From a virus, in IMG/VR virus record IMGVR_UViG_3300034111_000335, positions 1 to 64,000 of that record: DNA of 64,000 nucleotides, one strand, 5' to 3'. Numbering within the stretch: position 1 is the stretch's first letter; every line of letters begins with the position of its first letter. A program made the position numbers and the translations under genes. Shown here in pieces: positions 28,462 to 37,632 of the stretch. Below the pieces are notes generated by a model. It was given only the letters and a program-made list of their open reading frames with translations. It was not told the DNA's origin and searched no databases.

Positions 28462-28491
28462 TTGACAATTTAACTAATAGCATTATATTTG
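28462..28491 (+). promoter_or_regulatory. Bacteroidota-type promoter
   Basis: TTGACA ... TATATTTG. Confidence 0.65.
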
Positions 28492-28526
28492 TAATGTATA
28501 CAATTTAAAATTATAATTTTACAACA

Positions 28527-29033
28527 ATGGCACTTAAAATCACAAAAAGCATTGGTACCGATAAAGGTATTACCAATGAAGCTTACGTACGTATTGCTGA
28601 CTACCAAATCTCTAAGAGTGGTAACGCTAACTTCCGTATTCAATTGTTCATGAGCGCTGCAGATGCAGTAGCTTCTCCTAACGCTATGGCTCCTATTGAC
28701 GGAGGTCAAGCACGTAACCAACAAATTGGTGAGTACTTGTCTATTCCTTTGACTAAGCAAGTTGAAGAGACTAAGACTCGCACTATGATGCAGCCTGTAC
28801 AGAAGGACGTAGTTAAGACTCGTACTATCACTAACGAAGCAGGTGAAGAAGTATCAGAAGAGTACACTGTACAAGAGTACGTAACTGAAGAAGTTACTGA
28901 AGAGTACACCGTTACTTTGACTATTCCTGATTTATCTTCTGCAGAAGGTGTTGACATTTTTGCATTCGGTTATACCCACTTGAAAGCTAAACTTGTCAGC
29001 TTATTTACTGCTGCTAAAGTAGAAGACTGCTAA
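28527..29033 (+). CDS. hypothetical protein (possible fibre-tip accessory protein)
   Basis: 168 aa ORF directly after the fibre genes. Confidence 0.7.
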   Translation: MALKITKSIGTDKGITNEAYVRIADYQISKSGNANFRIQLFMSAADAVASPNAMAPIDGGQARNQQIGEYLSIPLTKQVEETKTRTMMQPVQKDVVKTRTITNEAGEEVSEEYTVQEYVTEEVTEEYTVTLTIPDLSSAEGVDIFAFGYTHLKAKLVSLFTAAKVEDC

Positions 29034-29092
29034 TTTGGCAGATTCTACAGAAAAGCATTATATTTGCATAAACCAACTAAACAATATAAATC

Positions 29093-29392
29093 ATGGCAAC
29101 TAAATTAAACGAACAAGAGATCGAAGCAATCAAAGGCTTCCAACAAAAGACTCAAAACGTAATTATGGATTTGGGTAAGATCGAACTCCAGATGAATGAC
29201 TTGCTTTCTGTAAAAGAGAAAGTAAAGGAAGCAATGGCTGAAGTAGTAAAAGAACAGAATGAGTTCTTCCAATCTATTGAAGCTAACTACGGTAAAGGTC
29301 AGATTAATTTGGATACCTTTGAGCACATTGCTGCTGAAGCTCCTGCATCAGAAACCCCTGTAGTTCCTTTTACTCAGGCAGAAGTATTGTAA
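29093..29392 (+). CDS. coiled-coil protein (possible fibre assembly chaperone)
   Basis: Coiled coil ending YGKGQINLDT; preceded by TATATTTG at 29059. Confidence 0.7.
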   Translation: MATKLNEQEIEAIKGFQQKTQNVIMDLGKIELQMNDLLSVKEKVKEAMAEVVKEQNEFFQSIEANYGKGQINLDTFEHIAAEAPASETPVVPFTQAEVL

Positions 29393-29412
29393 TAATAACT
29401 ATTACGCAACAG

Positions 29413-29442
29413 AAACCCTCAGAGAAATCTGGGGGTTTTTTT
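29413..29442 (+). terminator. intrinsic terminator
   Basis: aaaccctcaga/tctgggggttt stem followed by a T-run. Confidence 0.7.
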
Positions 29443-29459
29443 GTTTAACTACTAACTAG

Positions 29460-29489
29460 TTGACTTATTTTTTTAAAGTTTTATCTTTG
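29460..29489 (+). promoter_or_regulatory. Bacteroidota-type promoter upstream of the lysis genes
   Basis: TTGACT ... TATCTTTG. Confidence 0.6.
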
Positions 29490-29669
29490 TCTCAACCAAC
29501 CTTTTCTCACCTAAAGTATAGTCTATGAAAGTCCGAAGTTGCTTTGAACATTCTATCAGATATCGTTCTTATGGTGAGTTTTTCTATATTCCTCACACTG
29601 CTGCTGTCTAAGTGGTTGCTAGAGGATTACGGGATTTTACTATTAACCAAACTAAAAAAAGGTAACTAT

Positions 29670-29918
29670 ATGAAATTTTTAAACTTTATCGGAGGCCTCT
29701 TCAAAGATGAGAAGGGTGTTGTCTCTATGAAACGTCTGTGTGGCTTAGCATGCACAGTGACTTTATGCGCTACATTGTACGCTAACTCTTTTACCGAAGC
29801 ACACTTTGCTCCTTCTGTTCCTTTAGTGGATGCAGTTGCATTACTTGCATTTGGTTGTTTAGGTTTGACTTCTGTTGAGAAAATCATGAAGAAGCCAGAA
29901 GCACCTAGCGAAGATTAA
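29670..29918 (+). CDS. putative holin (two TM; start reassigned to MKFLNF)
   Basis: SMKRL motif with two hydrophobic helices; directly upstream of the endolysin. Confidence 0.65.
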   Translation: MKFLNFIGGLFKDEKGVVSMKRLCGLACTVTLCATLYANSFTEAHFAPSVPLVDAVALLAFGCLGLTSVEKIMKKPEAPSED

Positions 29919-29945
29919 TTTACTATAAACTATAAACTATAAACT

Positions 29946-30533
29946 ATGAGCTACACTAGAGAACAAATCGAAGCTGCTATGAAAGCCAAAGGCTACAAGT
30001 ACTTTGAGAACGGTGACTTTAACGTAAACATTATTGGAGTACGTAACTCTTCTACTGGTACTAAAGTAACCAACGTATTTGACGATCACTTGACTCTTTC
30101 TTACAAAGAAAACGGTGAGTGGAAATTTAAGATCTGGCCTGCTACTACTGATCCTGGAACTAAGGGTGTTAAAGAATTCCACAACGCTGCTGGAGTTGCT
30201 CGCTTAGTACCTGGTCAATACTCAGGTTCACACCATGTAGGATTACACCAAGGTAAGTACGAAGCTTTGAAACAGAAAGCAAACGTAAAGGTTTACCGTG
30301 ATGCTAACAAAGACATGAACTATGATGAATCTAAGATACAAGAAGGCATTTTCGGTATTAACATTCACAAGGCTGGTGCAGATTCTACTTACGTGGAGAA
30401 CTGGAGTGAGGGTTGCCAAGTGTTCAAGAAGTCTGCGGACTTTGATGCATTCATGGTTATCTGTAAGAAGGCTGCTGCATTAGGTGGTAACTCTTTTACC
30501 TACACTCTTATCGAGTCTAAAGATATTAAGTAA
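29946..30533 (+). CDS. putative endolysin with an L,D-transpeptidase-like His/Cys motif
   Basis: IIGVR, TTDPG, PGQY, GINIH...WSEGCQV (H...SxGC). Confidence 0.7.
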   Translation: MSYTREQIEAAMKAKGYKYFENGDFNVNIIGVRNSSTGTKVTNVFDDHLTLSYKENGEWKFKIWPATTDPGTKGVKEFHNAAGVARLVPGQYSGSHHVGLHQGKYEALKQKANVKVYRDANKDMNYDESKIQEGIFGINIHKAGADSTYVENWSEGCQVFKKSADFDAFMVICKKAAALGGNSFTYTLIESKDIK

Positions 30534-30995
30534 ATGAGAGGACTTCTCGTAAGTCTTTTTTTGATTCTCTCTATCCCCTGTTCTTCACAGATTAAAGTTC
30601 TGAAGGCAGGGGATGGTTGGGACTTAAAGGTGGACTCTGCCTTAAGCTTAATCGCACAAACAGATGTCAACACGTATACTAGAGTGATAGATGTCGTAGA
30701 CATCATAGACTTTTGGATAAGTCCTTATTCCTCTAACAACGTCTCTCAAGATGGTAACGTAATCTACATTGCTACAGGAGACATAAAGATTAACTCAATA
30801 CCTAACCTAGCTTGTGTTATAGTACACGAAAGTCTTCACTTATACTACAGATTGCATCCAGTAGAACAATCAGATAGTGAAGAGGAACTTAAGTGTTATA
30901 TCTACGAGGTAGGCTTTATAAATAAACTACCAACCCCTGAGCCATGGTTACTGGCAAACGCAATAGAACAGATACACAAACTAAATAAAAAATGA
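30534..30995 (+). CDS. secreted zincin-like metallopeptidase
   Basis: Signal peptide; VIVHESLH with downstream EE..CY. Confidence 0.7.
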   Translation: MRGLLVSLFLILSIPCSSQIKVLKAGDGWDLKVDSALSLIAQTDVNTYTRVIDVVDIIDFWISPYSSNNVSQDGNVIYIATGDIKINSIPNLACVIVHESLHLYYRLHPVEQSDSEEELKCYIYEVGFINKLPTPEPWLLANAIEQIHKLNKK

Positions 30996-32890
30996 ATAAA
31001 CTATTTAAAGTTATCATCGGGGTGTTGACATTGTTGGTTGGCAATGCATCAGCACAATCTTCTGCTACTTCCCCAGGTACAGGTCATTGGGTCGTAATTG
31101 ACTCTGGTTACCAAGTTGCTACCACTACTGCAGGGCAGACAGTAGCACCTTTACATTTCTATAACACTTCTACTTCAGAGAAGATCACTGGTATGCAATT
31201 CCGTGTATTCTACGATAACACTGCATTCACTGCTGTAGTTCCTTCTTTGAAGATCTCTACTACAGATCAGTATCTTCAGTACGTAGATAGTAACTCACAA
31301 GGATTCTTGACAGTAACTTTAGCTTACACTGGATCTAGTTCTACTTACAACTACTCTAACGGAGCTACCTTTGATTTAACTTTCACGCACGCAGGAAGCT
31401 CAACATGGAATACTTTAGATTCTATTAAAACTTTGAAAGTTGCAGGTGTTAAATCATTTGCTAACAAAGCTGCTACTAACTGGGGTAACGATACTACATT
31501 GGTAGTTTACTCTTATGGTGGTCGTTTCAACCAAAAAGTATTAAGATTTGCTGCTAAGTTTAAAAACGTAACAGGTTCTGACGCTAAGAACTTGTGGGTG
31601 TCTTTAGAGAAGAAAGCTCCTTCAGGATCTTGGACTCAAGTAGAAGCTAAATCAACTAACTCTAGTGGTGTTGTAGTATTCCGTAAATTCTTGGATACTA
31701 CTTACTGGGACGTACGTATGGTAGTTAAGGGAGATACAATGACTCCTGGTAACGTATTCTCTACTGCAGATGCACAAAAGATCAATCAATCTATCTTAGC
31801 TCAATACACTCCTTCTGGATTTGACTACTACACAATGGATGTAAACAACACTGATGGTTCTATTACTATTGCTGACGTATACTCTGTGTACGGACGTTTA
31901 GCAGGTAGATTCTCAGCTTGGCCTAACTCTAAGAAAGATGTAATGTTCTTCACAGTTGCTGAATACAATGCTATCAACGGATCAGCTACTAACTTAACTG
32001 CTACTTACTCTACTATTAACAACTTTGATTACACTATTGATGGTCGTGATTCTATCACTTACTACGTAGCTGTTAAAGGAGATGCTAACTCTACAGGATT
32101 TAAGATGGCTCGTTTGACTCCTATCAAGATTACTAACCCAGCTAATGCTAAGCGTTACATCATTGATGAGACTGTAAGTTATGATTTCCCTGCAGAAACT
32201 ATTGAGATTAACATGCCTAAAGTAACTGTAGATGAAGGTAACTTAGTTAACGTTCCTGTTAAAGTTCTTACAGATGGCAAGCAGTTGGGTGCACTTCAAT
32301 TAGACTTACGTTATGATACTGCTTACTTAGAGTTTAAGAAAGTAGAGAACACTGAAAAGATGATGAAGTGGACTTCTTACTTAAACCCTTCTAACGGTAC
32401 AGTATCTTGGGGAGCAGCTGACTTAACTAACGAAAACTTCTTAAATGATGGAGAGCAAGTATTTACCCTTCAGTTTATTGCTAAGAAGCCACAAGACTCT
32501 TGGGCTACTGCAGCTTTATGGACTGGTGCTAAATACGTAGGTGATGCTAAGTCTAAAGACATGAACATTACTCCTGCTATGGGTATCATAGAAGTACGTA
32601 GGATTAACAAAGGAGTTGTTTCTTTAAATGATCTTAACTCTATTATCGTATTCCCTAATCCTACAGATGGAGCAGTACAGATCCAATTCCAGATCAAACA
32701 AGATGCTGACGTAGACGTAGCTATCTCTGATGAGGTAGGAAGACGCATACAAACGATCCTAAGAGAGAAAATGCCTGCAGGTAAGTACAAGTATAGTACT
32801 AACCTAGATCGTCTCTCTAATGGCGTCTATGTGCTTACTGTTGTAACAGAGCATGAGACCTTACATTCTAAAATTATCGTAACTAAATAA
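30992..32890 (+). CDS. cohesin/dockerin-like protein with T9SS type A C-terminal sorting domain
   Basis: Signal peptide; cohesin-like GMQFRVFYD and VNVPVKV...GALQLDLRYD; dockerin-like DVNNTDGSITIAD; C-terminal VFPNPT...LSNGVYVL...KIIVTK. Confidence 0.82.
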   Translation: MNKLFKVIIGVLTLLVGNASAQSSATSPGTGHWVVIDSGYQVATTTAGQTVAPLHFYNTSTSEKITGMQFRVFYDNTAFTAVVPSLKISTTDQYLQYVDSNSQGFLTVTLAYTGSSSTYNYSNGATFDLTFTHAGSSTWNTLDSIKTLKVAGVKSFANKAATNWGNDTTLVVYSYGGRFNQKVLRFAAKFKNVTGSDAKNLWVSLEKKAPSGSWTQVEAKSTNSSGVVVFRKFLDTTYWDVRMVVKGDTMTPGNVFSTADAQKINQSILAQYTPSGFDYYTMDVNNTDGSITIADVYSVYGRLAGRFSAWPNSKKDVMFFTVAEYNAINGSATNLTATYSTINNFDYTIDGRDSITYYVAVKGDANSTGFKMARLTPIKITNPANAKRYIIDETVSYDFPAETIEINMPKVTVDEGNLVNVPVKVLTDGKQLGALQLDLRYDTAYLEFKKVENTEKMMKWTSYLNPSNGTVSWGAADLTNENFLNDGEQVFTLQFIAKKPQDSWATAALWTGAKYVGDAKSKDMNITPAMGIIEVRRINKGVVSLNDLNSIIVFPNPTDGAVQIQFQIKQDADVDVAISDEVGRRIQTILREKMPAGKYKYSTNLDRLSNGVYVLTVVTEHETLHSKIIVTK

Positions 32891-32894
32891 AACT

Positions 32895-33245
32895 ATGAAC
32901 ATTAAAAAAACGCTTGGTTTTAGTCAAGCAGAACCAGTCCCAGTAGATCCTAAGAATAGATTCTATTACATGCTGCAGCAAATGCAGGCTAATCGTTGGA
33001 AGATTACAGCTATCGTATTAGGTTTGTTCTTCTTTATTATTCTTGGTATTAACTCTGCAGTATTTTTTGGAATAGAAATCCAAGAGAACTGGAAAGAGAT
33101 GTTACTTATTCTTTTTGGTGCCTTTGTAGGTAACTTAAACAAGGTAGTTGACTACTGGTTTAACTCAGAAGACCGTGACAAAATGTTAATTCAGAAGGTC
33201 GATGAAGAGGACGGTGAATCATTATCTAACCCAAATAACTCCTAA
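32895..33245 (+). CDS. two-TM membrane protein
   Basis: Two hydrophobic helices, VVDYWF. Confidence 0.75.
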   Translation: MNIKKTLGFSQAEPVPVDPKNRFYYMLQQMQANRWKITAIVLGLFFFIILGINSAVFFGIEIQENWKEMLLILFGAFVGNLNKVVDYWFNSEDRDKMLIQKVDEEDGESLSNPNNS

Positions 33246-33249
33246 TACT

Positions 33250-33570
33250 ATGTCAGAAGAACAAGAAGAAAGCGTAATGTCTGCTACTAAGAAAGCAATC
33301 ATTGGCGCAGTCACCACTGCTGTAACTGCAGGAGGTGCATGGTTTGCTACTCAATTCGGTGGCGGTGAAGAACCTAAAGAAGAGGCTAAAACAGAACAAG
33401 CTGCTCAGCCTGTAATTAACGTTAACCTAGAGAACAACAATACTAACCAACAGAAGCAATCTAGCGGAGGTACTAACACAATCATCAAAGAACGTGTAAT
33501 TGAAAAACCTGCTGCTCAACCTGCTGCTCCTGCAACCAAACCCCAAGCTGATGAAGAAGATCCTTGGTAA
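33250..33570 (+). CDS. small membrane-associated protein (start reassigned to MSEEQ)
   Basis: AIIGAVTTAVTAGGAWF helix followed by a low-complexity tail. Confidence 0.7.
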   Translation: MSEEQEESVMSATKKAIIGAVTTAVTAGGAWFATQFGGGEEPKEEAKTEQAAQPVINVNLENNNTNQQKQSSGGTNTIIKERVIEKPAAQPAAPATKPQADEEDPW

Positions 33571-34252
33571 GTCGCTTAACAGACTTTGGTTAGTCTTACT
33601 ATTAATGGGTTGTGGTTCTATGAAGACTACTACCGAGGAAGATAAAGTAGAGGTGAAAGACATCTCTACTGTATCTAACTATACAGATTCTATTAAAAAA
33701 ACAGTACAAGTAGTAAGCGTGGATATGACTAAAGTTTTAAGTTTGTATCCTGCTTTGCAAGAGAAGAATGTAGGTCTAGGATTTGCTGAGTCTGTACTTG
33801 ATTATTTGGATGAAACAAACAGATTTATATTCACAGAAGAGAAGTCAGAGATCAAAGAAAGAATGGTCACACAATTCAAAGCATCAAAGAAAGGCGTATT
33901 TGATGAGCCTGTTGATGGAAAAGGTAAGATTAAACCTGCTCACTACTTTGTTTACGTTACTGTGGCTGATTTTGCTGTTGATGAAGACGAGCAAGTTGAT
34001 GGCCTTAAGTCAAAGGTTGTGGTTACTACCTTCATCCGTTTACAGGTCCGCTTTGTGGATGCTAAAACAGGTCAGATCTATATTGGATCTGGTGAAGGTG
34101 AATCTACAAAGACAGGCGAATCTTTCTTAAAGTCTTTAGACGATATGAAGTTTTCTCAAAGCACAGTAGGTAAAGCTACCCGTAAATCTCTTGAAACTGC
34201 TTGTACTAATGTGATCCAAAATCTCATTAAGTCAGGTGTATTTAAAAACTAA
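33551..34252 (+). CDS. CsgG-like (curli transport family) lipoprotein
   Basis: Lipobox LLLMGC; RFIFTE...YFVYVTVADF...LQVRFVDAKTGQI..GSGEG pattern. Confidence 0.72.
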   Translation: MKKILGKSLNRLWLVLLLMGCGSMKTTTEEDKVEVKDISTVSNYTDSIKKTVQVVSVDMTKVLSLYPALQEKNVGLGFAESVLDYLDETNRFIFTEEKSEIKERMVTQFKASKKGVFDEPVDGKGKIKPAHYFVYVTVADFAVDEDEQVDGLKSKVVVTTFIRLQVRFVDAKTGQIYIGSGEGESTKTGESFLKSLDDMKFSQSTVGKATRKSLETACTNVIQNLIKSGVFKN

Positions 34253-35696
34253 GCTTTTTACTTTATTAGTGATTATAGCTCTGTCCGTAAATGGGCAGAG
34301 CTTTATCTATTCATACACAGATCCTTGCACACAGGAGCTAAAATTTATTAATGCTGACATGTCCAGTCCTATAGTAATTGCTTACTATGGACAGGTTAAA
34401 ACATTCTCTTATACAGAATTACAAGATGGAACGTTTGATAATTGGATAAATAGTGTATATTTGAAGTATCAAAATACATCACCCTGTCAAGGAGTTGGAG
34501 TAACTACTACTACAACTACCACAACAAATACGACTCTAAACATTGTAAGCAATGTAATGAACTTAGGGGCTATTTCAAATGTAGGTAGTGTAAATGTAGA
34601 CGTAGGATCTAGCACCTCTTCAGGAACTAACGTAGGAACAACCAATAAAACAAACAATAATGACAGCAGAACTAATTCTCGGAATCGTACTAGTAGCAGC
34701 TCTAGTAATTCTAATTCTTCTAGCAGCTCGTCAGGAGAAACTGGAAGCAGCAGCAATGGAGGAAATGCACCAGAAAATCAAAGCGGGAATACCGACAACG
34801 GAAATCCCGGAAGTAGTGGTAGCAGCGGAGAAGGTAATGGAGGAAGCAGTGGCTCCAGCTCCAGTGGAAACTCCAGTGGTAGTGGAAGCAGTAGTGGAAG
34901 CTCCAAAGGTGGAGGAAGTGGTGGCGGAGGTAAAACCGAAGAAAAAACGGAAGTACAAGAAGAAAAACCCTCCGACCAACAAGTAGAAGAAACTAAGACT
35001 GAGCAACAAAAGTCTCAGTCTAGTGGTACTGCGAAAGCAGCCAATAAAGCTAAAGCCGAAGTTGCTAAGCCCGCAATATTAGTAACTGGTGATTTAGTTG
35101 GTATTCAGACTAAGTCTGATGGAGCACAAGATGCAAGAGGTACTGCCTCCTTTACAAGAGTAAAAGGAGATGGTACTTCTTCTCTTGGGTTTTCAGCTGA
35201 TTACATGCTTAATGCTAGAATCGGTAATATCTCGTGCGTACGCTCGTGGATAGGAGCAAATAAAAAAGGCAACAAACACATTAGTGTTGTATCAGATGGT
35301 CTAAGTCTGATGCCTAAATCAATATCAAATACACTCTTGTTTGTAAGAGTAAACTCAGTTAAGAACTTTACAGCACTTTACGGAGCAGCTGGAACCTATG
35401 GTAAGTTATTTGGAGAAGAGATGATTTCTACAATTGCTATAGGTGGATTTATGTACAAGGGAAAACTTACTAAGAATATAGATGCTACAATTATTGCAGC
35501 AGGAATCTATTCTCCCTACTCTAAATATTATACAGAGTCTTTATTTGAAGCTAAGCCTATTGTAATTCCTTTCTTTAACTTTACCTACAAAATGACCAAG
35601 ACTTTTGGCTTAGGTATTACAGGAGGGGGAACTTACGTAGCAGGACAAGATATCCTAAACTTTCAAATCTTAATGGGAGCTAAGCTATTGATATGA
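34236..35696 (+). CDS. secreted protein with Ser/Gly-rich linker and putative C-terminal beta-barrel
   Basis: Signal peptide; T/S/G-rich middle; amphipathic beta-strand pattern in the last ~200 aa. Confidence 0.65.
   Translation: MYLKTKLFTLLVIIALSVNGQSFIYSYTDPCTQELKFINADMSSPIVIAYYGQVKTFSYTELQDGTFDNWINSVYLKYQNTSPCQGVGVTTTTTTTTNTTLNIVSNVMNLGAISNVGSVNVDVGSSTSSGTNVGTTNKTNNNDSRTNSRNRTSSSSSNSNSSSSSSGETGSSSNGGNAPENQSGNTDNGNPGSSGSSGEGNGGSSGSSSSGNSSGSGSSSGSSKGGGSGGGGKTEEKTEVQEEKPSDQQVEETKTEQQKSQSSGTAKAANKAKAEVAKPAILVTGDLVGIQTKSDGAQDARGTASFTRVKGDGTSSLGFSADYMLNARIGNISCVRSWIGANKKGNKHISVVSDGLSLMPKSISNTLLFVRVNSVKNFTALYGAAGTYGKLFGEEMISTIAIGGFMYKGKLTKNIDATIIAAGIYSPYSKYYTESLFEAKPIVIPFFNFTYKMTKTFGLGITGGGTYVAGQDILNFQILMGAKLLI
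34660..34986 (+). CDS. nested alternative-frame gene encoding a single-TM protein with a basic C-terminus
   Basis: A-rich leader aaaacaaacaata before ATG; TM helix, E/V/A/P-rich stalk, KPKKKRKYKKK tail. Confidence 0.6.
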   Translation: MTAELILGIVLVAALVILILLAARQEKLEAAAMEEMHQKIKAGIPTTEIPEVVVAAEKVMEEAVAPAPVETPVVVEAVVEAPKVEEVVAEVKPKKKRKYKKKNPPTNK

Positions 35697-36844
35697 GGTG
35701 GATCATTGTTTTACTCTTCTTTGTGAACTCACTGAGTGCACAATTCACTTACTCAGGATATATGTACAGTGCTAATGGAGGTGCTGCTATAAACGTTCCT
35801 GTGAAGCTTTATAAAAGAACAACAACTACTACAGGAAATAACTCTACTACAGTAAAGGTTTATAGAACTCATAATGGAACTGGTGCTACCACACAGTACT
35901 CTACTTATCCTTCTACGAGATCAGAAATGGATAGGTGTTTTAACACAAGTTACTCCCACACTAGTTTGTGGTCAACAACTACAATGTCAGGTAACTCTTC
36001 TTTAAATTTTGGAACTTATAGTACATTAACTTCTGCAGGTGCTAGTGTTCCTAGTAGTGGGGATTACTATGCTACAGAAGTAAGTTTTACTTTTACCCCT
36101 GCAGAAACTGGCACCTATTCTTTTGGTATGACTTCTGATGATGGATCAGATCTGTGGTTAGTAAATACAGGAAGTATTATTGAATACTATGGAGGTAAAG
36201 GAGTAGGTACTTACAAATACGGTAGTGTGAGTTTAACCGCAGGTACTTCTTATACGTTTATTGCACGCATGCAAGAATACTCTGGCGGAGATGGATTATA
36301 TCTTATCTGGAGAAGACCTTCTCAATCTGCACATTCTTATCAATCCTCTGAAGTAGGGACAGTAACTACTACAACTTCTTCTTGGACTTTAGATGCTACA
36401 GCCTATACTAACTCTTCAGGATACTATGCTTTCTCTAGAACCACTACTGCAAGTACACAATGGTATATACAAGTAGATGTACCTACAAGAATTCAGGCTT
36501 ACACTAGCACAGATATTCAAACAGTATCTAATATTATCTTAGGTAAGTCTACAGTCAATGGATTATCTTATCACAGATTTGATGTTAATGATGACGGAAG
36601 ATTAAACATTGCAGACAAATACTATGTAGCTGCTAGGAAGTCAGGAAGATTTACTAGATGGAGGTTAGCCTCTGATGTAAGAATATTTACAGCTGCTCAG
36701 TACAATACAATCTCTTCTTCTACTGGTAATGTGCGTACTACATATCCAGGAGTAGCTACCTTCTCAACTTCTACTTTAACTAGTGGAGGAACTTTAAATC
36801 TATATCTAATAGCTCCTGGATACTCTGGAGCAGTAACTTACTAA
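35693..36844 (+). CDS. secreted PA14-domain protein with a dockerin-like motif
   Basis: Signal peptide; GTYSFGMTSDDGSDLW (PA14); FDVNDDGRLNIAD. Confidence 0.78.
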   Translation: MRWIIVLLFFVNSLSAQFTYSGYMYSANGGAAINVPVKLYKRTTTTTGNNSTTVKVYRTHNGTGATTQYSTYPSTRSEMDRCFNTSYSHTSLWSTTTMSGNSSLNFGTYSTLTSAGASVPSSGDYYATEVSFTFTPAETGTYSFGMTSDDGSDLWLVNTGSIIEYYGGKGVGTYKYGSVSLTAGTSYTFIARMQEYSGGDGLYLIWRRPSQSAHSYQSSEVGTVTTTTSSWTLDATAYTNSSGYYAFSRTTTASTQWYIQVDVPTRIQAYTSTDIQTVSNIILGKSTVNGLSYHRFDVNDDGRLNIADKYYVAARKSGRFTRWRLASDVRIFTAAQYNTISSSTGNVRTTYPGVATFSTSTLTSGGTLNLYLIAPGYSGAVTY

Positions 36845-36845
36845 C

Positions 36846-37292
36846 ATGAAAAAACTATTTATACTTTCCGCTTTAGTCATTATGATGACTTCTCTGAGTG
36901 CTCAATGCTACAAAGTTGACACTGTAACTTCAATTGCTTCTGTAACAGAGATAGGAGGAAGACCTATTATCTTCGGAGCACAGACAACTCTAGAAGAGAT
37001 CGCTTCTTCAAAGTACCAATTATGTAATGAGGGCAGTCCTATTTCAGGAGAAATCAAATCCATTGCTATGCCTGAGCAACTCTTAAACATTGTAGGCTTA
37101 CAGTTTCTTAAGCGTGAGTACATTGTAATTACACAGATCAATGTCAATGGAACTGTTGTAACAGGAGAAGCAAAGAAGATTGTCTATGTAAATGCAATGT
37201 TTGTTTCTGTAGAAGGGATTCCTCACAACAGAAAAGCTTACTCTAAGGCCTTGGAGAAGTCGTTTAAGAATGGATTTGAAAACTTGAAATAG
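36846..37292 (+). CDS. secreted hypothetical protein
   Basis: MKKLFIL...SAQ signal peptide. Confidence 0.72.
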   Translation: MKKLFILSALVIMMTSLSAQCYKVDTVTSIASVTEIGGRPIIFGAQTTLEEIASSKYQLCNEGSPISGEIKSIAMPEQLLNIVGLQFLKREYIVITQINVNGTVVTGEAKKIVYVNAMFVSVEGIPHNRKAYSKALEKSFKNGFENLK

Positions 37293-37370
37293 GATAATAT
37301 CCTTCTCAAATGAGAAGTTGTCTATTTTGACTTTCTATTCTAACTTATATTACAGCAGTTTTTAACCAAA

Positions 37371-37571
37371 TAGCTCTCGGAGCTAAGTCTCTGTTCTGTC
37401 CACTTATTGCCTACGGTCTATTAGTTGTAGGTCAGAGCACTGTAAACTTCGTAAGAACATTTCGACACTATCGGAGAAACCTCTTTTCACCTCTGAGGGC
37501 TACTCATACTATCCGACTTCTAGCAGATTACTTTCTAATCCTCATCTGCGAACACTAAGAAGTGGTGTCAG
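37371..37571 (-). ncRNA. candidate ~200-nt structured RNA with its own promoter
   Basis: TACATTTG -7 element at 37576-37583; nested stems GACAC/GUGUC, ACUUCU/AGAAGU, GCAGAU/AUCUGC, UCGGA/UCCGA, GUUCU/AGAAC, CCUAC/GUAGG, UAGCU/AGCUA. Confidence 0.55.
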
Positions 37572-37632
37572 TCTACAAATGTAATAGCATTTGTAGGTCA
37601 GAAGTCTGGTGTGTTGAAAATTTGTGGATTTT

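Noticed and set aside
29922-29948. Tandem actataa repeat before the endolysin, and aactaaat repeats at about 63878-63909
   Set aside because: Most simply explained as slippage in A-rich translation initiation regions
37371-37571. RNase P RNA or tmRNA identity for the structured RNA
   Set aside because: Only a loose 3' motif resemblance; no GAGGAAAGUCC, tRNA-like ends or tag ORF
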